DNA of 64,000 nt, from assembly GCA_964522505.1 (NCBI GenBank), contig CAZFWJ010000011.1:4851-68850 (forward strand), read 5' to 3'. The position numbers were made by a program, and so were the translations under genes. The notes below the pieces were generated by a model. It saw only the letters and a list, made by a program, of their open reading frames with translations. It was not told where the DNA came from and made no database searches. Below, in pieces: positions 28,729-36,440 of this stretch. The first letter of the stretch is position 1. Each line of letters opens with the position of its first letter. The stretch is from an uncultured Saprospiraceae bacterium (lineage in GTDB: Bacteria; Bacteroidota; Bacteroidia; Chitinophagales; Saprospiraceae).

Positions 28729-29790
28729 ATGAAAATAAAAATTGCGATATGTAGCACGATGCTGCTATGGATGCTACTATGGAGTTGTAACAACTCAGAT
28801 AACGGAGTCCATTACTCGGCTAAGCCTTATGATACCCTTGCCGAATATGGGTTCTTTCAAGGGCCAATCGCTGAGCTGAATCCTGTGGAAGGAGTGCTGC
28901 CTTATGACCTGAGCAATCCCCTATTCTCTGACTATGCCCATAAGTCAAGATTTGTCTGGATGCCCGAGGGTTCAAGCGCCAGCTATACGGAGGAAGGCAT
29001 CTTAGATTTTCCTCAGGATGCCGTATTAATCAAGTCCTTCTATTATCAAAACGACGAGCGAGACCACGCTGCCGGCAGGCGCATCATCGAGACTCGCCTA
29101 CTCATCAACAACGGTGATCAGTGGGAGGCACGATCTTATGTGTGGAATAAAGAACAGACAGAGGCCGTCTATGACGTGGTAGGTAATATCACTCCCATCT
29201 CTTGGCTCAACGAGTCTGGTCACGAGATGAATGTCGATTACATCATACCGAATAAAAATCAATGCAAGGCCTGTCATTACTACGATGGCAAGCAATTGCC
29301 CATCGGGCCCAAATTAGGCAATCTCAATAAGAGCTTCGCCTATCCAGATGGCACTATGAATCAGCTCGACAAATGGTACGAAGTAGGCTATCTGAACAAC
29401 ATCCCTGCAATGACACCACCCCATAAGTGGGCAAGTTGGGATGACCCTAGTTCTGGTGATCTCCATAGTCGCGCCATGGCTTACTTGGACATCAATTGCC
29501 GACATTGCCATAATCCTAAGGGACCCGCAAATACAACAGGGCTAACGCTAAGAGCGGACGCCCCACCCGACGGCCAAATCGGCGTATATAAATCCAGTGT
29601 CGCAGCTGGTGCAGGCACAGGCGGCAACGAGTACAACATTGTACCTGGCCATCCCGAACAATCTATCTTATACTATAGAATGGCTTCTACTGATCCCGCT
29701 GCTATGATGCCAGAGTTAGGCAGGCGAACTGCTCATCTGGAAGGTTTAGCATTGATCGAGGAGTGGATAGGGAATATGAGTAATGAGTAA
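28729..29790 (+). CDS. Secreted protein with two CxxCH haem-binding-type motifs
   Basis: 353-aa ORF starting 12 nt after the beta-helix gene. Signal/lipobox LLWSC. CKACH at 29263-29277 and CRHCH at 29497-29511, both in frame. Confidence 0.7.
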   Translation: MKIKIAICSTMLLWMLLWSCNNSDNGVHYSAKPYDTLAEYGFFQGPIAELNPVEGVLPYDLSNPLFSDYAHKSRFVWMPEGSSASYTEEGILDFPQDAVLIKSFYYQNDERDHAAGRRIIETRLLINNGDQWEARSYVWNKEQTEAVYDVVGNITPISWLNESGHEMNVDYIIPNKNQCKACHYYDGKQLPIGPKLGNLNKSFAYPDGTMNQLDKWYEVGYLNNIPAMTPPHKWASWDDPSSGDLHSRAMAYLDINCRHCHNPKGPANTTGLTLRADAPPDGQIGVYKSSVAAGAGTGGNEYNIVPGHPEQSILYYRMASTDPAAMMPELGRRTAHLEGLALIEEWIGNMSNE

Positions 29791-29878
29791 TGAGTAATGA
29801 GTACGAAATAGCGAGTACGAAGTACGAAAGCACGAAGAACCAGGTACGAAGAACCAGGTACGAAGTAGCGAGTAGAGA
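29776..29878. repeat. Heptamer-periodic degenerate tandem repeat array
   Basis: ATGAGTA x4 (29776-29803, overlapping the stop codon at 29788-29790). Then GTACGAA-type units, including three 14-nt units at 29830-29871 (GCACGAAGAACCAG / GTACGAAGAACCAG / GTACGAAGTAGCGA). Confidence 0.85.
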
Positions 29879-29941
29879 CATCAACTTTGAACTTCCTAAC
29901 GTTAATAAACATTATATTTTTTACTTTTAAATTTTTAGACT

Positions 29942-30967
29942 TTGATAAAACTCATTCAAACCTATTTCGTCCAGCTTCCTCTGTTGTGTGTATTGCTATG
30001 CACGACGGCTATTGTCATCCAGGCACAATCCAAGGTGGATTTAGACTATTCGGAGCTCCCTGAAAAAATCAAAGATCTCGATGTTCAGTTTGTTGCCGAT
30101 TTACCCTATGATGATCATGAAAGAGCTCGATTTGATCTGATGCTACCGAAAAGCTCAGAGCCTACAGGCTTACTATTATATATCCATGGAGGTGGATTTG
30201 TCAATGGTGATAAGGAGCGCGTATTAGGAGAGTATAATCTTGAGAATATAAGAGCGCTACTTCAAAAAGGTGTGACTGTGGCGAGTATGAACTATAGCTT
30301 ATTGAATCCTGCCGGCGAGGATGTAGGAGTAATCAAATGTCTCTTGGATGCGAAGCGTGCGCTGCAGCACATAAGAGCTAATGCTGCCGCCTATAACGTA
30401 GACAAAAACAGAATCGTCATGTCAGGAGGGTCTGCAGGCGCAGGTGCCTCACTATGGGTAGCTATGCAAGATGACATGAAGGACCCGGACAATCCTGATC
30501 CAATCCTTCGAGAGTCCACCAGGGTGAGTGGCGTAGCAATCTTTCAGACGCAATGTAGCTATGATATAGAGGATAGATGGATCAATGATGTTTTTCCAGA
30601 ATACGGCATTCCGTGGTCAGCAGTGACCGCCGTAAATGCCACTGGTATCGCACAGTTCTATGGCGTGTCGAGCCTAGAAGAATACAATACTGATGAGGTT
30701 AAACAGTATCGTGATCGTGTTGACATGATGGACTTCTTGAGTGCAGATGATCCAGAATTCTGGGCTGAAAACATCTTGACTACTGTCGCTCCACCAATAA
30801 CACCTGACGTCATCTATCATCATGCCTATCATGTAAAAGTATTGAAGGAGCAGGCAGACAAAGTTGGACTTGCCAATGTCTGCTATTATGGCAAAGACCC
30901 AATCCTCTTTGAAGATCCCAGTGGCGAAAGCTATGTTGATTTTGTGATTAGAAAATTGGGAGAGTAG
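29942..30967 (+). CDS. Secreted alpha/beta-hydrolase (carboxylesterase/lipase type)
   Basis: 341-aa ORF from a TTG. Signal peptide. Oxyanion-hole motif YIHGGGF. Nucleophile elbow GGSAGAG. Confidence 0.8.
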   Translation: MIKLIQTYFVQLPLLCVLLCTTAIVIQAQSKVDLDYSELPEKIKDLDVQFVADLPYDDHERARFDLMLPKSSEPTGLLLYIHGGGFVNGDKERVLGEYNLENIRALLQKGVTVASMNYSLLNPAGEDVGVIKCLLDAKRALQHIRANAAAYNVDKNRIVMSGGSAGAGASLWVAMQDDMKDPDNPDPILRESTRVSGVAIFQTQCSYDIEDRWINDVFPEYGIPWSAVTAVNATGIAQFYGVSSLEEYNTDEVKQYRDRVDMMDFLSADDPEFWAENILTTVAPPITPDVIYHHAYHVKVLKEQADKVGLANVCYYGKDPILFEDPSGESYVDFVIRKLGE

Positions 30968-31003
30968 AAAAAGCAGTAGCCAGTAGCAAATAGCGAGTAT
31001 ACA
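30962..31003. repeat. Heptamer-periodic GTAGCNA-type repeat array
   Basis: GAGTAGA AAAAGCA GTAGCCA GTAGCAA ATAGCGA GTATACA. It overlaps the esterase stop codon. It contains AAATAGCGAGTA (30988-30999), identical to 29806-29817. Confidence 0.7.
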
Positions 31004-31082
31004 ATTCAAAGTAAGTCTACATCACATCTGATTTAAGACATTTCCATCGCATTATATTTTAATCTGGCTAACGAGAATAACA

Positions 31083-31117
31083 ACTCAATACTCGTAACTC
31101 GTAACTTATAACTAATT
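31083..31117. repeat. Heptamer tandem repeat ACTCGTA-type (5 units)
   Basis: ACTCAAT ACTCGTA ACTCGTA ACTTATA ACTAATT, ending about 60 nt upstream of the ATG at 31179. Confidence 0.75.
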
Positions 31118-31178
31118 GTCTACGTTAAACTCTGCCATCTTAACATTGTACCCTACGGAATACACTTATTATTACATA

Positions 31179-31595
31179 ATGGTAAAAGTCTGTGGCATCG
31201 TTCTAAAATCTAAAGAGATGATCTCTGTCATTCTTGAAGGCACTACCGACGACTATCAAATCATCTCCTCCCCATTCGACAAGTACAAATTGGAAGACTC
31301 TAAGAATCAAGAATCCGTCAAAAAATTCAAAGCGGCTATTCACGAATTCTTCGACTATGAGGACTTTCATGCGATAGGTATCAAGGAACGTATCGCAAAA
31401 GGGCGTTTTGCTGGCGGCGCCATGACTTTTAAAATGGAAGGATTGATTCAGACCTCTGACTATCCTGTACAGATCATCCATGGCAATCGCATCAAAGCAA
31501 AAACCAAGGATAAAATCATCCCTATCAACGAAGTCAAAAAATATCAAGAAGATGCACTGCTGACTGCATTATATCTCTTGCATGAAGCCCAATAA
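31179..31595 (+). CDS. Hypothetical protein, DUF3010-like
   Basis: I start at the internal ATG (MVKVCGIVLKSKE...). The upstream ORF-track extension runs through the heptamer repeat. The KGRFAGGAMTFKMEGLIQ motif resembles what I recall of DUF3010; family call from memory only. Confidence 0.5.
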   Translation: MVKVCGIVLKSKEMISVILEGTTDDYQIISSPFDKYKLEDSKNQESVKKFKAAIHEFFDYEDFHAIGIKERIAKGRFAGGAMTFKMEGLIQTSDYPVQIIHGNRIKAKTKDKIIPINEVKKYQEDALLTALYLLHEAQ

Positions 31596-31651
31596 ATCAT
31601 TATTCTATAGTTCTAGACTGAAATGCTATCTTACCCTAAATTAGTCTTACT

Positions 31652-32674
31652 ATGAAAGCCATCTATATCACCAAATACGGCAATAGCGACAGAGCATTTG
31701 AGATCCGAGAGACCGACATCCCCTCACCAGGGCCCCGAGAAGTATGTATCAAGGTGGTCTCGTCAGGACTCAACTTTGCTGACGTGGTAGCCCGTCGAGG
31801 TCTATATGATGACGCTCCACCCAATCCCGCAATCATAGGCTATGATGTAGCAGGATACGTTCATGCACTTGGTAGCGATGTAGTTGACTTCACTATTGGG
31901 CAAAAAGTTGTTGCGCTCACTCGCTTCGGAGGATATGCTGAGTATGCTGTCTCGATGCTTGAAGGTGTCGCTGCCCTACCCGATGACTATGACTTTCATA
32001 AAGCCACTGCTCTTGCCACACAGGCGTGCACGGCTTACTTCTGTGCAGAGGAATGTGTTACACTCCATGAGAGTGACAAAGTGCTCGTTCAGGCGGCAGC
32101 TGGTGGCGTGGGAAGTATCTTAGTACAGATCGCCAAGCACAAAGGCTGTCATGTCTACGGCACTGCCTCCAGCAAGAAACAGGACTTCCTCAAGCAAAAT
32201 GGTGTAGACACACCCATCGACTATACTCAACAGAGCTTTAAGGATATTATCAAAGCGGATCATCCTGATGGAATTGATGTGGTCTTTGACAGCATCGGCG
32301 GAAAGAGCTTTAACCATGGGATGAAGATTCTCGGTCCATGCGGTCGTATGGTCAGCTATGGTGCCGCCTCGCAGATCAAAGGCAATAAGACGAATAAGCT
32401 TAAGGCCGCAGGAGTAGTATTCGGCTTTGGCATCTTCAGTCCTATCGCCCTATTACTGCAATCCAAGGCTATCATCACCGTTAACATGCTTCGTCTGGCA
32501 GATAACAAACCGAATGTCTTTCAACACGTGATGCGAGAAACTGTGAACATGGCTGATCAAGGCATGATACAACCAATACTGAGCAAAACCTTTAATGCGG
32601 ATGACGTCGCACAGGCACATGATTATCTGGAGAGTAGGCAGTCGATAGGTAAGGTTACGTTGAGTTGGGAGTGA
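31652..32674 (+). CDS. Zinc-independent MDR-family quinone oxidoreductase (VAT-1-like)
   Basis: 340-aa ORF. GroES-like N-terminus and NAD(P)-binding VQAAAGGVGSILVQIAK. Confidence 0.85.
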   Translation: MKAIYITKYGNSDRAFEIRETDIPSPGPREVCIKVVSSGLNFADVVARRGLYDDAPPNPAIIGYDVAGYVHALGSDVVDFTIGQKVVALTRFGGYAEYAVSMLEGVAALPDDYDFHKATALATQACTAYFCAEECVTLHESDKVLVQAAAGGVGSILVQIAKHKGCHVYGTASSKKQDFLKQNGVDTPIDYTQQSFKDIIKADHPDGIDVVFDSIGGKSFNHGMKILGPCGRMVSYGAASQIKGNKTNKLKAAGVVFGFGIFSPIALLLQSKAIITVNMLRLADNKPNVFQHVMRETVNMADQGMIQPILSKTFNADDVAQAHDYLESRQSIGKVTLSWE

Positions 32675-32822
32675 GCAATCTCTATATCTTAACAATAACA
32701 ACTATGAGTATGTGACTCCGATAGACTTATACGATGCAGACATTCTTTTTAAGTGTAATCAATTATAAATCAAGTAAGATGAAATCAAGCAAAAATGTAA
32801 ATATTTAGAAAGTGAGAATTAA

Positions 32823-33158
32823 ATGAATAAAACTGTATTTGTAACTGGTGGAGGGAGCACCTATTTCTTGACATATGGAGAACAACCAGTCGTTTAAACC
32901 ATTTAACAAAGCTTATTTGGCTACACAGGGAGTAAAAATTCCTGATCGAAAAATTTCGTTGACATTAGCCAATTTTTTGCATTGACCATGGAATTTATTT
33001 GGAAAATACTTAAGATTAAAGGGCAACCCCCGTTATATAAAGGACTTGTAACACAATGTGATTAGAATTTCACCATTAATGACAAAAAAGCAAGGCAAGA
33101 ACTTGGTTATAAATTTGAAATTAGTGTATCACAAAGACTTGACCTCATGAATAAATAA
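32823..33158 (+). pseudogene. NAD-dependent epimerase/dehydratase (3-beta-HSD-like) pseudogene with large internal deletion and frameshifts
   Basis: MNKTVFVTGGGS (Rossmann start) runs into a stop after 24 codons. The following ~250 nt encode, across frames with stops, C-terminal-type fragments ..ISLTLANFLH*PWNLFGKYLRLKGNP.. and ..NFTINDKKARQELGYKFEISVSQRLDLMNK*. No ORF of 60 aa or more here. Confidence 0.6.
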
Positions 33159-33251
33159 CTGATTGCAATAAGCAATGATGATGTTAGACTTGCTATCGCC
33201 ACTTTCACCACCTATCACCACTTAGGTCAGTGATCATATAAAAATCAGAAA

Positions 33252-35006
33252 ATGAAAATAAAACCTAATTACGAAGGAAATATATTAATAGACAAATTAC
33301 CAAAGCATCTGAAGCAATTCATTAAGCCTCAAAATTACGATGATTACTCATCAATTAATCAAGCAGTTTGGCGATATATAATGCGAAAAAATGTGAGCTA
33401 TCTATCAACCGTAGCACATTCGTCATATTTAGAAGGCCTAAACAAGACGGGAATAGAATTAGACAGAATACCCAGTATGTATGGAATGAATCGCATCCTC
33501 AAGGAAATAGGCTGGGCCGCTGTGGCAGTTGATGGATTTATCCCTCCAAATGCTTTTATGGAATTTCAAGCATATAAAGTACTTGTGATTGCCTCTGACA
33601 TGAGACAATTGGAAAACATTGAATATACTCCTGCTCCTGACATAGTCCATGAGGCAGCCGGTCATGCTCCTATTATTGCCAACCCAGATTATGCTGAGTA
33701 TTTGAGGAGATTAGGAGCAATAGGAGCTAAAGCTATTTTATCTAATCATGATAATGAATTATATGAAGCCGTAAGAAAGTTGTCAATTCTTAAGGAATCC
33801 TCAGATTCCAATAATGCAGAAATAGAGCTAGCACAAATGGAAGTTGAACAACTCCAAGCCAAAAAAGTGGAACCATCAGAAATGGCGCAATTGCGAAATC
33901 TTCAATGGTGGACTGTAGAGTATGGTCTAATAGGAACCTTAGAAAATCCTAAAATATATGGTGCAGGATTACTTTCTTCCATAGGCGAAAGTAAATGGTG
34001 TATGAAATCAGATGTGAAAAAAATTCCTTTTTCAATTGATGCAGCCCACCAAGAATTTGACATTACCAAACCACAACCCCAATTGTTTGTAACTCCTGAT
34101 TTTTCTCATCTTATGGAAGTTTTAGAAGTTTTTGCAAATACGCTGAGTCTACGAAAAGGTGGTGCGATGGGTATTAAAAAATTAGTTGATTCTAAAATGT
34201 TAGGAACGATAGAAATCAATACCGGTCTTCAAATCTCAGGAAAATTTTCTCGAGTAATTTTAAATGAAGATGGTGAAGTCATATATTTTTTCACATCTGG
34301 GCCTACTGCTTTAGCTTTCCGTGATAAACAGTTAATAGGACATGGAGTTGAGAACTACACTGATGGTTTTGGTTCTCCACTGGGAAAACTGAAAAACATA
34401 AATTTGGCGATTGAAGATATGGGACCTTTTGATTTAAAAGCATACAACTTTTATGACAACAAGTGGCTTTCATTTGAATTTGATAGTGGTATTAAAGTTG
34501 AAGGATTAAACATAACTGGAATCCGAAACGTACAAGGAAAACTAATGTTGATCCGACTTAAAGATTGTACAGTAAAATACCATGATGAAATATTATTTCG
34601 ACCTGAATCTGGCGTTTATGATATGGTAATCGGCAAGAAAATTATCTCGGCATATGCCGGCAGTGCAGATAATGATTCTTTCCCTAACCTCTATAAACCT
34701 TCCAAAGTTTTAACTAATCAACCTTTTAAAACGGAAGAGATTCTTACTCTAGAGAAGTTGTACAGCGAAGTTAGGGAGCTACGCTCGAATGATAATGTGG
34801 AATATTCCACTATTAATACTCTTTGGCAAAAAGTAAAATCTCGATATCCATCAGAATGGTTACTTATTTTAGAAATTCTTGAGATCAGTAAAAGCATAGA
34901 TTTAAGAGATGAAATCATTCTGTACTTAAAAGATATGGCATCAAGAAACCATAAGACCAAATCCCTAATAATAGAGGGACTTGAACAGATTAATAACGCC
35001 CACTAA
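33252..35006 (+). CDS. Aromatic amino acid hydroxylase (long, ~580-aa form)
   Basis: 584-aa ORF. Iron-ligand context DIVHEAAGHAPI and YGAGLLSSIGES, characteristic of biopterin-dependent hydroxylases. A ~250-aa C-terminal extension has no motif I recognise. Confidence 0.8.
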   Translation: MKIKPNYEGNILIDKLPKHLKQFIKPQNYDDYSSINQAVWRYIMRKNVSYLSTVAHSSYLEGLNKTGIELDRIPSMYGMNRILKEIGWAAVAVDGFIPPNAFMEFQAYKVLVIASDMRQLENIEYTPAPDIVHEAAGHAPIIANPDYAEYLRRLGAIGAKAILSNHDNELYEAVRKLSILKESSDSNNAEIELAQMEVEQLQAKKVEPSEMAQLRNLQWWTVEYGLIGTLENPKIYGAGLLSSIGESKWCMKSDVKKIPFSIDAAHQEFDITKPQPQLFVTPDFSHLMEVLEVFANTLSLRKGGAMGIKKLVDSKMLGTIEINTGLQISGKFSRVILNEDGEVIYFFTSGPTALAFRDKQLIGHGVENYTDGFGSPLGKLKNINLAIEDMGPFDLKAYNFYDNKWLSFEFDSGIKVEGLNITGIRNVQGKLMLIRLKDCTVKYHDEILFRPESGVYDMVIGKKIISAYAGSADNDSFPNLYKPSKVLTNQPFKTEEILTLEKLYSEVRELRSNDNVEYSTINTLWQKVKSRYPSEWLLILEILEISKSIDLRDEIILYLKDMASRNHKTKSLIIEGLEQINNAH

Positions 35007-35321
35007 CATCAAGCAATAAGGCATGAGGAGTATGCCAATTATGGACACGAAATTCACTTCTAACAGTTCTGCGTATACTACAATGTCATCTGTAGCAATC
35101 ATCTTGCATAAAGAATAGGTATGAACGAAGTACTGCCATCACAATATGTCAATGGTAAAAAGAATCCATCCGAACGACAAACAGGGCGGATCATTAATGG
35201 ACTTCACGAAATAGGCCTAGAATTGACTAAAATTATTCTCGTATGAAATGAATCGTTGTACGATGCAATTCCTTTCTGCTAATTACTTCTCAAAAACTGA
35301 CATTACATTTGGCTCCACTAT

Positions 35322-36164
35322 ATGCCACTAAACTATCGCTCAGGAGTTATTGCCACCATCCTTGCTGCCATTATCTGGAGTACTGGAGGTCTATTTATTA
35401 AGCTACTACCGCAGTCTGCTTATGCGATCCTATTTTATCGTAGCATCTATGCGGCAATACTATTCTTAGTAGTGTTCAGGGCAAAGGTCTTTCAGATCAA
35501 TCGGCTTACACTCGTGGCGAGCTTCTTTTATACGGTATTGTTGATCTCGTTTGTGCTTGCCACTAAGCTGACTACTGCCGCTAATGCGATCTTCTTACAG
35601 TATACGGCCCCTGCCATGGTTCTTCTATTAGAACCGTTGTTCTTTAAGATTAAGTTATTGAGGATCAATGTGATAACTGTGGTGATTTCGATTTTCGGAA
35701 TGTGCTTGTTTTTCGTAGATCAGTTTACGGGAGAATTCAACTGGGGTGTGGTATCTGCGGTCATCTCGGGATTTGCACTGGCAGGCTTAGTGATTAGTCA
35801 GCGACTCAACTACAAGGCTTCTCCTGAGTCGGCCATCTTCGTAGGTAATATCTGGGTGGTGATGATCATGTTACTGATTGCGCAACCCGACCTGTCCGCC
35901 ACTGGCGTAGAACATAGTATGTTGTTGTTCCTTGGACTTATACAGATCGGTGTAGGCTACATCCTATTCACTTATGGGCAGAAAATTTTGAGTGCACTCG
36001 AGAGCTCCCTGATTGCGCTACTCGAGCCGATCCTCAATCCGATCTGGGTGGTGATCGGCTATGGCGAGTATCCCTCGTCCTATGCTATTATTGGTGGAGT
36101 CATCATCATTGCTGCTCTCATATTCAGAATGACGAAAGTAGATTCTAAGTCGACCACCACGTAA
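35322..36164 (+). CDS. DMT-superfamily (EamA-like) transporter
   Basis: 280-aa ORF with about 10 TM segments in a two-fold repeated organisation. Confidence 0.8.
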   Translation: MPLNYRSGVIATILAAIIWSTGGLFIKLLPQSAYAILFYRSIYAAILFLVVFRAKVFQINRLTLVASFFYTVLLISFVLATKLTTAANAIFLQYTAPAMVLLLEPLFFKIKLLRINVITVVISIFGMCLFFVDQFTGEFNWGVVSAVISGFALAGLVISQRLNYKASPESAIFVGNIWVVMIMLLIAQPDLSATGVEHSMLLFLGLIQIGVGYILFTYGQKILSALESSLIALLEPILNPIWVVIGYGEYPSSYAIIGGVIIIAALIFRMTKVDSKSTTT

Positions 36165-36440
36165 AGTTTAGGCGAACAAAGGCCTTTGTCGAGCATCAGA
36201 AAATTCACTATTTCAGCTATTTTTCATTATTGCAGAGCGTTCAATTCTACTTATGGTTAAGTATATCGGAGAGGATCTATATTATAACAGTGCAAATGAG
36301 ATTCTGAAATATGAAGGCAAATAAGGGAGAATCATTAGCATGCCATCTTTAATAAGTAATCCTCAATAAACTGTAATCTAATCCATTATCCGCTTGAGTG
36401 TTAGAATCTTATATTTGGATTGAATCAAGACTCCTATAAT

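Noticed and set aside
29776-29878. Whether the short repeats could be a CRISPR array.
   Set aside because: The units are 7-14 nt, contiguous, and have no unique spacers. No cas genes are in the window.
35121-35246. 41-codon + strand ORF (MNEVLPSQYVNGKKNPSERQTGRIINGLHEIGLELTKIILV) in the spacer after the hydroxylase gene. I considered it as a possible pterin-carbinolamine dehydratase remnant.
   Set aside because: It has no resemblance to PCD/PhhB motifs, is too short, and has no supporting context.
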